Notes: a model not told the origin generated them from the sequence alone. Counted from the first letter of the stretch, positions 47,993 to 57,729 are shown. The stretch: DNA of 64,000 nucleotides from a bacterium (GCA_021787665.1 JAJYLN010000011.1:2197-66196); one strand, 5' to 3'. Translations and numbers: made by a program.

Positions 47993-49498
47993 TCACGGGT
48001 TGTATACCTCGGCGCTGTCGTGGAGTGCAAGCATGCCCGTTTGCAGATCCACCGAACTGAAGCCCGACGCAATCAGGACAGACCCGTCCGCAAGGCCCAT
48101 GCCGGTGTAGCCTGCGCGCGGGACCGAGAGCTGCGGATAGCCGACGAACGATCGCGACACGGTGCTGAAGATCTCTGCCGAGTCCGTTGCTGTGAATGCG
48201 GGCGTCGTCACCCCACCTACGATCAGGACGTCGCCGTTACCGATGAGGATATCGGAAAACAAAGCACGCGGCAGATGCATGCTGTAATAGCCGAGCACGA
48301 TTCGTCGGTCAGGATCGACGACAACGGACCTGTTGACCGGCACCCACCCGGGGTCAAAGCCGCCGTTTACGAGGACATCGCTGTTGACCGGCAGGACTGC
48401 CGAAGCAAGGAAGGAGGTCGTTAACGTGATGCTGTCCGACGCGGCGAACCCGGCTGACTGGAAAAACTCGGTATTACCGGAACTGCTTCCGCCCGCGATG
48501 AGCACAGCATCTCCTGCGCAAGCAGCAGAGGCATGGAAGGCCCTTGCAGCCCCCATCACATATACGGTGTCCTTGTCTGTATACAGCCCGAGGAGCTCGG
48601 CTTCTCTGGTAGGCCCGCCCGGACCGATGCCCCCGGCAATAAGGACAACATCCCCGGCCAATACATCAGCCGTATGGCCGGCCCGTGGGAAGGCCATGGT
48701 CCCTGCCTTATAGAAGCTGTTCGACTTCGGGTCGTATACCTCCAGGGAAGTCTTCGTGTCGTCCTGAGACACGGAGATAGAGCAGGCCCCATCACTGCAG
48801 CCTATAGCTGCGGAGCCGGCCCCGCCGGCCAGCATGATACTTCCGTCGGCCAGCCTGCTTGCCGTGAAAAATACCCTGCCCTCGGTCATCCGGGGCCCCT
48901 GAGCGAACATGCCCGTATCGGGATGATAGATCTCGGTGGTATCGGTCGCAGCGAGCCGTGTGCATCCCTGGCCACACGAGGCACGCCGGTCTATTATGCC
49001 CCCCATGATGATGTATGTCCCATCCGGCAGGGAAGCAGACCGGGCGAACGCCCGCGGTATGACCTTCGAGGTAAGTTGCGTGAATACGCCTGTCGGCGTG
49101 ATGAGTATGTTCACATCGTTTATACCGCCTGCCTTTATCCTGACACCTGTTGTCATGCCCCGTGCGACCCTATGCGATGATGCGTCCCTGACCTCCACGC
49201 TCACCGTCCGATCGAAGCCTGCCGGTATATTGTCGATCGTCGTGCCGGAAGGGCTTGCGGCAAGATGCACGGCCTTTACGATGGGACTGAAGTCCGTGCC
49301 CGTTATGGTAATAGAGACACTGTCCGCGTTCTGTGGCAGGCTACACGGCCTCAGTGCGGACAGTGTGTTAGGAGGGATGTAGTGCGCCTTGATGAAGATA
49401 ACGCCGTATCGGTGACCGCCGCTGCAGGAGGCCCCGCTGCAGGAGGCCAGTAATGCACAGAGAATGGCTATAACGATGTATCGATGTTCGGCGGTCAT
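47993..49498 (-). CDS. Kelch-repeat lipoprotein
   Basis: Lipobox LLAS-C; repeats of PR.FHTA..L.DG.VL.AGG and E.YDP. Confidence 0.82.
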   Translation of the reverse strand: MTAEHRYIVIAILCALLASCSGASCSGGHRYGVIFIKAHYIPPNTLSALRPCSLPQNADSVSITITGTDFSPIVKAVHLAASPSGTTIDNIPAGFDRTVSVEVRDASSHRVARGMTTGVRIKAGGINDVNILITPTGVFTQLTSKVIPRAFARSASLPDGTYIIMGGIIDRRASCGQGCTRLAATDTTEIYHPDTGMFAQGPRMTEGRVFFTASRLADGSIMLAGGAGSAAIGCSDGACSISVSQDDTKTSLEVYDPKSNSFYKAGTMAFPRAGHTADVLAGDVVLIAGGIGPGGPTREAELLGLYTDKDTVYVMGAARAFHASAACAGDAVLIAGGSSSGNTEFFQSAGFAASDSITLTTSFLASAVLPVNSDVLVNGGFDPGWVPVNRSVVVDPDRRIVLGYYSMHLPRALFSDILIGNGDVLIVGGVTTPAFTATDSAEIFSTVSRSFVGYPQLSVPRAGYTGMGLADGSVLIASGFSSVDLQTGMLALHDSAEVYNP

Positions 49499-49510
49499 AG
49501 TACGCCCCCC

Positions 49511-52500
49511 TCAATGCAGGACGATTTCCTTTACATGGTTGTTCAGGGTATCGGAGACGAACAGGTTCCCGCTCCCGTCGAAGGCGATGCCGTACGGGGA
49601 ATCGATCCGAGCGAACGGAAGCATGGCGCCATCGGTGCCTATCTGATAGATCATAGCTGCGGATTGGTCTGCGACGTACAGACGGTGCAGGCCATCGAGT
49701 GCTATGCCGATGGGCAGGCCCAGCCCGGATACGTACACGCTGACGCCGCTGCCTTGTACCACCTTTGCAATGGCCCCGCTCGAGCTGTTCGCAATATACA
49801 GGTTTCCGGGGGACAGCAGGGCTACGCCAAAGGGCCCGGCCAGTCCTACCGCGAACACAGACACCATACCTGTACTGTTTACCACGGACAGCGTACCGTC
49901 GACATAGTCCGCTACATAGAACAGGTCGTTCACGCTGTCGTACGCCACACCCGCCGGGCCGTTGAGACCGGACACGAATATCGAGAGCAGACCGCCTGCG
50001 TAGCGCAGGAGCCTTGCATGGGTAAAGTCCGAGGCATACAGGTCGCCGCCGGCATCGAACGTGAACCACGACAGCCCGGTGATGCCCTGTGCAAGAGTCG
50101 TCATAGAGGACCCCGGGCCTATGCTATAAGCCGCGCTGTTTACATAATCCGCAGCACAGACCCTGTTATCCGGTCCCCTTGCCATGCCTCGTATGCCGTT
50201 GAACCCTGTTGCGTATGCGCTTGTCGGATGGAGCAGCCTGAAGATCTTGCCCTCGGATTCGCTCGCCACGTAGGGTACGCCGTCCCTGACCGCAATGCCG
50301 GTCGGCGCAGCTATGCCTGTGGCATAGATCAGGGTCTGCCCTGCCGGGGTGACCACCGACAGAGAGCTGCCTGCATAGTTCGACACGTAGAGGTTACCGC
50401 TTCCGTCGAAGGCTATGCCGGAAGGCTGGTTGAAGCCGGCAGCGTACGTCGATGTCAGGGTGCCTCCTGCGTTTACCATGGACACGGTGCCGCCTGCGGT
50501 GTTCGCCACATAAAAGTGACCGGAGCCGTTCGTTGCAATGCCTTCCGGGGCATGGAAGCCAGACGCAAATCCAAAGACCCGTCCGGTCGATGTCATGGTG
50601 AACACCTCGCCATTATGCTGGTCCACTATGTAGAGGAGCGGGGTGCCCTGGCCCGTAGAAAAGGTAATGCCCCAAAAATTGGGATTCGGCAGGACCTGTT
50701 TCTGGCATGTCCCCATGGCCGAGGCAGCGCCATCGTACGTAACCTCTGATATCCAGGAGGCCTTAAAGTCGCCGGGCGCCGCCACGAACAGGTTGCCATT
50801 GAAACCGGTCGTTATGCCCGCGGGTGTGATCATCCCGAATCCATTACAGGCAGCGTCAAGGGACGGAACGAAGCTTTGCGCCTTTCCGTTCGCCGTTACC
50901 ATAGAAATCGACCCCCCGCCGGTGGAGAGGTCACCCTGGTTCGCTATGAACAGCGTCCCGGCAGGGGTAAAAACGATCCCCCAGGGATTATAGAGGCCCT
51001 TTGCATAGACCTCGTAGCCATGGTCTATTTTCGATACGCGGTTGCTGCCGAGATCAGAGGTGTAGATATAGCCGGATGCGTCCATGACCAGGCCATGCGG
51101 ATTGGACAGGCCCACGGCATGGGTCACGGTAAATCCGGAAGGAGACAGGACCTTGACAATAGTGTCCCCGGAAGTGACATAGAGGTTGTACGAGCTATCG
51201 GCTATTATATATTTCGGCGTATCGAGACCCGTGATATACGGGGCAACAGTGCCCAAGAGGTCAACCGCAGATATTGATCCACTCCCATTATTAATAACCT
51301 TAAATGTCTTTCCACCGGTTGGCCCGGTAAACACCATACCAAGAGGCTTGTTCAGGCCCACGGCAAAGGTGGATACCGCACCGCTCAGGTCAAACTTCGA
51401 GATGGTATCGTTGCCGTAGTTCGTCACATACATATTGCCCGCGTCGTCTATGGCGATAGCAGCGGGCATGGAAAAGCCGGACGCAAGGGTGTAGCCGGTC
51501 ACAGGGCTGCCGAGCGTGAGCTTTTGGATTGTCCCATCCCCGCTGCAGGCGACGAAGAGCGTTGACGGAGGCAGATAGTACAGGCCCATGGGCGTGCTGA
51601 GGCCTTTATAGATGGTCGTTTGTGTTAGCCCGCCGGGAAGTACCTTTATGATCGTGCCGTCGGTGCGGCTTGCGGTGTAGATGTTCCCGGCACCGTCCCT
51701 TGCGATGCCGGTCGGCCGGCTTATCGAATAAAAGGTCTTGGTGACCGTGAACCCTGTGCCTGATGATGCTATATCGTTTACCGTGACGACCACGTCGCCC
51801 TTTACGGCATGGTCCGGCACCCTTACCCGAATGAGGGTGTCGGACCAGCCTATGATGGCCGCGCCTGCGCCTGCGAATGCGACACTGCTCGTCCCCTGCG
51901 TGGCACCGAAGAGGCTGCCCGTTATGGACACAGCGTCGCCCTGCTCTGCCGTATCAGGCGAGATGGCCCCTACAGAGGGGTGGGTCGTGAGTGTCACGCC
52001 GTTGCTTATGGTGCCGTTTACAGACACATTCACAAGCCCGACCGCTGCGTGCATAAGGTTCCCCACCACGGCAGTGAGCTGATCGTTGGACCACGTCACC
52101 GCCGGCAGGACCGTGCCTGCATAGTCTATCGTCCCGCTGCCCTGCGTCGCGCCAAAGCCCGTCCCGGTGATGACGATCGCGTCGTTAAGCACGACATCCA
52201 CCCTGTTTATTTCTGAGATAAACGGCAATACCGTGAAGTCGGCGCCGGCAGTCTGTGCTCCGGAGAAAACGCTCAGCCTAGTGCTGCCGGCGGCTATATC
52301 CGGCACAGTGGCGCTTATCGATGTGTCGGACCACGCGTTTACCGGTGCAGCAGTGCCTCCGATCTCGACAGAGCCCCTGGAGACCCCGAACCCGGAGCCC
52401 GTGATCGCGATACAGCTGCCGGCCGGGCCGGCTGCCGGGCTGATGCCGCTCACTGTCATGACAGCGCCGCCCGTGCCCGTGCCGTTATCGGTGCTATTAC

Positions 52501-52618
52501 CGCTGTTACTGGTGCTTGTGGAAGGGACCCGGTGTTTATCCGAGCATGCCGACATGAGGAATACGCCTGCCATGATACCGATCGTGCATTGCAGCGTCAG
52601 CTTACCTATAATGTCCAT
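49511..52618 (-). CDS. Large lipoprotein with 3 IPT/TIG domains and about 17-18 NHL-type propeller blades
   Basis: Lipobox MSA-C; ISP..G..G..I.ITG.GFG...G.V...WSDT.I three times; repeated GL..P.GIA.D..GNLYV. GGAGG RBS. Confidence 0.85.
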   Translation of the reverse strand: MDIIGKLTLQCTIGIMAGVFLMSACSDKHRVPSTSTSNSGNSTDNGTGTGGAVMTVSGISPAAGPAGSCIAITGSGFGVSRGSVEIGGTAAPVNAWSDTSISATVPDIAAGSTRLSVFSGAQTAGADFTVLPFISEINRVDVVLNDAIVITGTGFGATQGSGTIDYAGTVLPAVTWSNDQLTAVVGNLMHAAVGLVNVSVNGTISNGVTLTTHPSVGAISPDTAEQGDAVSITGSLFGATQGTSSVAFAGAGAAIIGWSDTLIRVRVPDHAVKGDVVVTVNDIASSGTGFTVTKTFYSISRPTGIARDGAGNIYTASRTDGTIIKVLPGGLTQTTIYKGLSTPMGLYYLPPSTLFVACSGDGTIQKLTLGSPVTGYTLASGFSMPAAIAIDDAGNMYVTNYGNDTISKFDLSGAVSTFAVGLNKPLGMVFTGPTGGKTFKVINNGSGSISAVDLLGTVAPYITGLDTPKYIIADSSYNLYVTSGDTIVKVLSPSGFTVTHAVGLSNPHGLVMDASGYIYTSDLGSNRVSKIDHGYEVYAKGLYNPWGIVFTPAGTLFIANQGDLSTGGGSISMVTANGKAQSFVPSLDAACNGFGMITPAGITTGFNGNLFVAAPGDFKASWISEVTYDGAASAMGTCQKQVLPNPNFWGITFSTGQGTPLLYIVDQHNGEVFTMTSTGRVFGFASGFHAPEGIATNGSGHFYVANTAGGTVSMVNAGGTLTSTYAAGFNQPSGIAFDGSGNLYVSNYAGSSLSVVTPAGQTLIYATGIAAPTGIAVRDGVPYVASESEGKIFRLLHPTSAYATGFNGIRGMARGPDNRVCAADYVNSAAYSIGPGSSMTTLAQGITGLSWFTFDAGGDLYASDFTHARLLRYAGGLLSIFVSGLNGPAGVAYDSVNDLFYVADYVDGTLSVVNSTGMVSVFAVGLAGPFGVALLSPGNLYIANSSSGAIAKVVQGSGVSVYVSGLGLPIGIALDGLHRLYVADQSAAMIYQIGTDGAMLPFARIDSPYGIAFDGSGNLFVSDTLNNHVKEIVLH

Positions 52619-52638
52619 AGAGACCTCCATTAAAACGC

Positions 52639-52667
52639 TGTATATGCGTTTCGAAGAGGCGTGTCAA
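52639..52667 (-). promoter_or_regulatory. Sigma70-type promoter for the IPT-NHL and Kelch genes
   Basis: TTGACA-17 bp-TATACA on the minus strand. Confidence 0.45.
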
Positions 52668-52711
52668 GCTTTTTTTTAGGCCCGTGTCGAAAAAGAAAAG
52701 AAGTTATCTGT

Positions 52712-53383
52712 TTATTGACCGTTCGTGCTCTTGAACATATGCTGGATCTTCTCCAGATGCTCTTTCTTGACGATCGCAATTACCTCATCGCCCTGTTTGA
52801 AGATTGTCTCGCCCTTCGGAATAATCGTCTCGTCGCCCCGATAGATGGAGACGATGATGACGCCTTCCGGAAGGCCGAGGTCCTTGATCTTCTTGTCCAG
52901 GATCCCGGACTCTTTCTGTACCTCCACCTGCACGAGCTCCACATTGCCGCCCTTGAGCTGGAACAGGGGCACGATCACGTCGCCTGCCTTGACCTGCTCT
53001 TCGATGAGATAGTTGAGCATCCTCGTGGAGTTGATCGTCGCATCAACCCCGATGCTCTGGAAAATCTCCTCGTTTGCCGGGTCGGACACCCGCGCTATCG
53101 TCCTCGGTGACTTGAACATGAGCTTGGTGAGCTGGCAGATGACCAGGTTGGTCGCATCGTCGCCGGTGAGTGCTGCCACGACATCTGCCCTGTTTGCTCC
53201 GGCGACCTTCATGACCGACGCGTTCGCACCGTTGCCGAGCATGATGACGTCGCCGAAGGTCTCTGACAGGGAGGACACCTTCATCTTGTCCTGGTCGATG
53301 AGCGTTACCTCATGTCCTCCGGACAGGAGGGTCTTTGCGAGATTGATACCGGCCTTACTGGCCCCGACGATTATGATGTACAT
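52712..53383 (-). CDS. trkA: TrkA/KtrA-family RCK protein (RCK_N + RCK_C)
   Basis: IIIVGA..G, ALTGDDATNL, RTIARV and IIPKGET...GDEV. Confidence 0.88.
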   Translation of the reverse strand: MYIIIVGASKAGINLAKTLLSGGHEVTLIDQDKMKVSSLSETFGDVIMLGNGANASVMKVAGANRADVVAALTGDDATNLVICQLTKLMFKSPRTIARVSDPANEEIFQSIGVDATINSTRMLNYLIEEQVKAGDVIVPLFQLKGGNVELVQVEVQKESGILDKKIKDLGLPEGVIIVSIYRGDETIIPKGETIFKQGDEVIAIVKKEHLEKIQHMFKSTNGQ

Positions 53384-53391
53384 GTTCCCTC

Positions 53392-53793
53392 CTATGATAT
53401 CCCGGGCAGCCTGAGGAGCTCATCGATCGCCAGGCTCGTGGGGCACAGGACCTCGATCCCCAGGTCGGCATACACGGCCGCAAGATTCACGTCGAACAGG
53501 CGCATGATGACCCGTATCGTTTTGTCGATAAGTTTTATCTTCTGGGATATCATGATGTTCGTGTGGTCGTTGCCGGTCACCACGATCACGAGGTCTGCCG
53601 GCTTCTTTATCGCTTGCCGGATGACCTTTTCGTCCGTGCAATCACCCACGAGCATCTCGATCCCCTGTTTCTCCTCGATGTACATGAACTTGCTCTCGTT
53701 CTGCTCTATGACGAGGACACTGTCTCCCTTCTTGGCGAATATGCTTGCGAGCCTCGATCCCAGCCTTCCGGAACCAACGACGACAACACGCAT
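53392..53793 (-). CDS. TrkA-N (RCK_N)-only protein
   Basis: VVVVGSGRLG, GDCTD, VTGNDHTN and LGIEVLCPT; 133 aa. Confidence 0.85.
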   Translation of the reverse strand: MRVVVVGSGRLGSRLASIFAKKGDSVLVIEQNESKFMYIEEKQGIEMLVGDCTDEKVIRQAIKKPADLVIVVTGNDHTNIMISQKIKLIDKTIRVIMRLFDVNLAAVYADLGIEVLCPTSLAIDELLRLPGIS

Positions 53794-54354
53794 CTATATT
53801 TCCTCCCCTGGTAGTTTGTCTATAATGACCTCGCAGGGCGCCTTCCTCAGTATCGTATCGGAAGTCCTGCCGAGTATGTTTTCCTTGAGCCCCACATGCT
53901 GTCGTATGCCCATGATGATGACGTCCGCGTCCTGCTCCTTTGCGAGCTTGACGATCTCCTCCCCGGCCGACCGCGAGCGTACGATGAGGGAGACGCTCTT
54001 CATCTTGTGCAGCGTCGCGAGCTCCTCCGCATGCGTGATAGCCTCCCGGGCGTTTTTGTCTTCGTCCTGCATCTCCGCGTTCAGCGGCAGGGTCCTCGGT
54101 ACCTCGACGATGTACGTAAATATGAGGGTGGCGCTCTGTTCAGCGCCGAGCCGGCAGGCGACTTCTACGCCCCTTTCCGAGTACGCCATGCCCTGCGTGG
54201 GGATGAGGATACTCTTCAGGGCCTCGACCTCCCTGCGCGCCCGTGCGGCGATCTGCGGGATTATCGGCGGCACGTGGAGCATCCACCACAGCAGCGATAC
54301 GATGGATGTAAGGAACACCCCTGCTATGATAAGGCCGAGCGTGGACTGGATCAT
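53794..54354 (-). CDS. Universal stress protein with N-terminal TM helix
   Basis: Hydrophobic N-terminus, then ILIP, EIVKLAKE.DADVIIMG and LGRTSD.ILRKAPCEV. Confidence 0.85.
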   Translation of the reverse strand: MIQSTLGLIIAGVFLTSIVSLLWWMLHVPPIIPQIAARARREVEALKSILIPTQGMAYSERGVEVACRLGAEQSATLIFTYIVEVPRTLPLNAEMQDEDKNAREAITHAEELATLHKMKSVSLIVRSRSAGEEIVKLAKEQDADVIIMGIRQHVGLKENILGRTSDTILRKAPCEVIIDKLPGEEI

Positions 54355-54554
54355 CTCCTCCCCCTGAGGTACCGCAGGACGAACCCGAGCCGGTAGATAC
54401 CGAAGCCCACGAAGCTCACGCCCACGAGCACCGGCAGCCATGCATGGATGCCCACGGACAGGTGCATCGAACGTATGACTATCGTTGCGCCGAGCACGAC
54501 GAACAGTCCGCTGTTTATCGTCCTGATCTTATCTGATAGCCTTACTTTGCCCAT
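54351..54554 (-). CDS. Small 2-TM membrane protein (67 aa)
   Basis: Two hydrophobic helices; overlaps both neighbours, which suggests translational coupling. Confidence 0.65.
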   Translation of the reverse strand: MGKVRLSDKIRTINSGLFVVLGATIVIRSMHLSVGIHAWLPVLVGVSFVGFGIYRLGFVLRYLRGRR

Positions 54555-56121
54555 TTTTCTTCATCTTTTCGTCGCGCTCTTTCAGCGCGATTCTGTACTC
54601 CTCCGCGAGGTCGAACTCCTCAGCAGAGGTAAGCACGTCCATCTGGTGTGCCTCCCAATTCCGCTCCACGCTCTTGGTCAGAGGCATACCGCTCTTTTTC
54701 CTGAAATAGATGTAGTACAGTATGCCGAGCATGACCCACACGGGCCCAGCGATCCTCCCGATCTTATGGGTGAGTATCACCTCAAAAAGCACCATGCCCA
54801 CGCCGAGGAACCCCAGGATACCGAGTACCGGGAACTCGACGGTCCTGCCCTTGTACGGCAGCCGTATGTTGAGGGGCATTTTGTACGGTCTGGGCGTGTA
54901 GGGATCAGAAAAGCGCAGCTTTATGAGTGATATGAAGACGATGAGGTACCCGAGTGTCGCGCCGAATGCGTACATGTTCCCGAGGGTGTTCATGGCCTCC
55001 GGCGTCAGGAAGGAGAGCAGCATCTCGAGTATCCCGATGCCGGAGAAAACCACGATCGTCCTGACCGGGGTCCGGTATCGCGGGCTCACCTTGTCGAACC
55101 ACTTGGTGATGAGGTTCAGCTCGCTCATCGAGTAGGTAAGCCTCGATGCGCTCATGACGCCCGAGTTTGCAGAGATCAGCAGGATCGTTGCCCCGAGCAG
55201 GGCCGTGACCGGGCCGGCGAGCATCCCTATGTACGGAATCGAATGCGCGAGGGTCGCTATGGGGTCCCCGATGTGCTGTGCGAAGATCTGCCACGGCAGC
55301 ACGCCGAGGCTCAGGGACGAAAACGCGGTCGCGAATATGAATACGGTAAAGATCAGGGTCACGGAGGTCCTCGGTATGATGGTCGCCGGCCTCTTGGTCT
55401 CCTGTGCCGCCTGGGATATGGACTCGAGTCCCACGAAGGATATTATCCCGAGCGACGAGCCGTACATAAATTCGTGGAGCGTGGGGAACGCAACCTGCCA
55501 CTGGTGCACGAGCATCGCCGGCTTCCATGCGAACACGAACCCGAACACGATGATGGAGGACTCGATGATGATATCGAAGGCCCCGATCAGCTCGTTGAAC
55601 AGGGACGACTCCCGTATGCCGAGGACGTTCAGCCATATCAGAAACAGGATCATGGACAGCGACTCGAGCAGCCACAGGTAATTGATCCTGAGTGGCCCGA
55701 GCAGGAGCAGAAAGTGGCCCGGCTGAATGCCGAAGTAGGGGAGGAAGAAGTTGATGTAGCCGGCCGACGCTACGGCAAATAGCGCTATGTCTATGGTATA
55801 GTCCAGGAGCAGCGCTGCGCCGGCCACGAAGCCCCAGAAGTCCCCGAGCCCCCGCAGGGCGAAGTAGTGTCCGCCGCCGGCGACCGGGTAGGTCGCAGCG
55901 AGCTCTGTATAGGCGAATCCTATCATGATGTAGACGATGCCAGCCACGGCAAAGGCAAGGCTCGCAGCGCCCTGTGCCGCTGCTATAACCAGGCCGAGTG
56001 CGGCGTAGATGTCTGCGCCGACGTCTGCATATCCCCACATGAAGGAACCCCAGACGGTGATGTCCCTTCTCAGTTCGTGCGGGAGTTGTGCGGATGTAGC
56101 TGGAGCGGTGTTGTTATCCAT
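54529..56121 (-). CDS. APC-superfamily permease
   Basis: About 12 TM helices; YTELAATYPVAGG, SFVGLESISQAAQE, SRLTYSMS and YAFGA. Confidence 0.88.
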   Translation of the reverse strand: MDNNTAPATSAQLPHELRRDITVWGSFMWGYADVGADIYAALGLVIAAAQGAASLAFAVAGIVYIMIGFAYTELAATYPVAGGGHYFALRGLGDFWGFVAGAALLLDYTIDIALFAVASAGYINFFLPYFGIQPGHFLLLLGPLRINYLWLLESLSMILFLIWLNVLGIRESSLFNELIGAFDIIIESSIIVFGFVFAWKPAMLVHQWQVAFPTLHEFMYGSSLGIISFVGLESISQAAQETKRPATIIPRTSVTLIFTVFIFATAFSSLSLGVLPWQIFAQHIGDPIATLAHSIPYIGMLAGPVTALLGATILLISANSGVMSASRLTYSMSELNLITKWFDKVSPRYRTPVRTIVVFSGIGILEMLLSFLTPEAMNTLGNMYAFGATLGYLIVFISLIKLRFSDPYTPRPYKMPLNIRLPYKGRTVEFPVLGILGFLGVGMVLFEVILTHKIGRIAGPVWVMLGILYYIYFRKKSGMPLTKSVERNWEAHQMDVLTSAEEFDLAEEYRIALKERDEKMKKNGQSKAIR

Positions 56122-56148
56122 GCTATTTGTTGCTGAGAGCGGCGTGCC

Positions 56149-56904
56149 TTATTCGGACGTCTGTGTGAACTTTGCAAGAAGGGGCACATTGATCTGTATC
56201 GCCCCGTTTGCCTTTGCGCGGTTGATGACGTCCTGTATCCACGTGTCGTAGCCGTTCTTTGCCATAGCAAAGCTGAACTGTAGGTTTGCCTGGACCGCGT
56301 CCTTCGGCATCGAGGGGGACTTCGACTTGTTCCCCATCGAGGAGAGCATCTCGATCTCGCTGCCGTTCAGGAAGACGCTGTCGAAGAAGAGCTTTTTCAG
56401 CTTCAGGGTGAGTATGTCGTCCTTGATGCCCTGCTGGAAGCTGCCCGGCGTTATGTTGTTCTCGCGCAGCACCCCGTAGTATATCCTCGGATCGAACTGG
56501 TGAGCCTTGTTGAGGAAGGCGGGCAGATGTACTATCTCGTCCCGCAGCTCATCGCCCGTCACGATAAATCCCAGATCGTCTGCCTGCTGGACGCCGACCT
56601 CGTTCGTTATGAGGTTCGTCAGCACGATGTTCGGGATGTGCATCGATGCCGCCCGCTCCGGGGTCAGCTCGTGCTTATACTCCTCTGCGTAACGGTTGAG
56701 CGTGATCCTGTACGTCCTATTGAATCTGTCGGTCGATATGGCCTTGCGGTTCACAATGGCGATGGTGCCCCCGGACATGCCTGTGCCGCAGCTCCTCAGG
56801 GCGCCGAATATGCCGCCGAACCCACCAAGGAAGGTCAAGGCGACAATGAAGTAGATGATCTTCAGGCCCCAGTTGCCGGTATATTTCCTAATGTAACTCA
56901 GCAT
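56149..56904 (-). CDS. SurA_N-domain membrane-anchored chaperone (PpiD-like, no PPIase domain)
   Basis: MLSYIRK start, TM helix, IAIVN...I, A.DLGF.V...EL...I...PAF and FD...Y...L. Confidence 0.75.
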   Translation of the reverse strand: MLSYIRKYTGNWGLKIIYFIVALTFLGGFGGIFGALRSCGTGMSGGTIAIVNRKAISTDRFNRTYRITLNRYAEEYKHELTPERAASMHIPNIVLTNLITNEVGVQQADDLGFIVTGDELRDEIVHLPAFLNKAHQFDPRIYYGVLRENNITPGSFQQGIKDDILTLKLKKLFFDSVFLNGSEIEMLSSMGNKSKSPSMPKDAVQANLQFSFAMAKNGYDTWIQDVINRAKANGAIQINVPLLAKFTQTSE

Positions 56905-57017
56905 AACCATTGAGTATAGTACGGTAATAGAAAAAAGCAAGCCTTTTACTGCCCGCCGTCCGGCAGCGCATTACGGCAAAAGCGGCGCCGATACCAGTAT
57001 GCCCGCGGGAGCTATGT

Positions 57018-57578
57018 CTAAATATATCGCCGCGTTTTGGCAGCATAGGCAACATAATCGGTGCCGAATCTTGTTTTTAGAAATTCTTCTTCTTTCAGGA
57101 TAATCTTGTGGTGGATTACTATACCAAGGATTCCCAGGAGCAAAATGATAATGTCCGCTGTAAAAAGTATGCTTCCAAGGCACATGAAATAAATCCCAAG
57201 ATATGAAGGATTGCGGCTAAATCTAAAAATGCCCAATGTTTTTAACGTTGTCTTTCCGTCCGGAAGCACGGGCGTGTTCGCTTCGGCAAGAGATGCATGT
57301 GCAATCGCCGACATGACAAAGCCTGCTGCAAATACTCCGGCGGCTGCAACGTCAAAGCTTCCGGGAAGAACGATCATCCTCAAGTTAATACCGATTGCCT
57401 GGAGAAATGACCCGAGCCAGGTCAGTAAAACCGAAAACTTTCCTATCGTGAACAGTCCCTTCTCGACGGGTAAGTTACCCTTGGTTGCATAGCCTTTTTT
57501 TATGGATACCCTTTCCTGAAGGGTGTTTGTCACAAAAAACAAGATAAAGACCGTAACGAATACTATGTTCACCAGCAT
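57018..57578 (-). CDS. ICMT/PEMT-family membrane methyltransferase
   Basis: LKT.GIFRFSRNPSYLG and EEEFL..RFG.DY..Y...TRRYI. Confidence 0.85.
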   Translation of the reverse strand: MLVNIVFVTVFILFFVTNTLQERVSIKKGYATKGNLPVEKGLFTIGKFSVLLTWLGSFLQAIGINLRMIVLPGSFDVAAAGVFAAGFVMSAIAHASLAEANTPVLPDGKTTLKTLGIFRFSRNPSYLGIYFMCLGSILFTADIIILLLGILGIVIHHKIILKEEEFLKTRFGTDYVAYAAKTRRYI

Positions 57579-57696
57579 GCTTGTTTTTTACTACGCCCTG
57601 TACAATAAAGCAAGGAAGGTCCTGCAAGCACGCGGCATAAAAATTCGGATAAGCGCGCCGGGGGCAGACTGCCGGCAGACGGGTTGGTTGTGGCCC

Positions 57697-57724
57697 TTGA
57701 CAGCAAAGAGGGGTATTGTATAAC
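57697..57724 (+). promoter_or_regulatory. Possible sigma70 promoter upstream of element copy 2 and tRNA-Arg
   Basis: TTGACA-16 bp-TATAAC. Confidence 0.4.
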
Positions 57725-57729
57725 ATCGG

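Noticed and set aside
46164-48072. ORFs 46164-46469 and 46405-48072 on the minus strand
   Set aside because: They are antisense to tRNA-His and the GMC gene. The GFEPSALG-type peptide is the usual tRNA antisense artefact.
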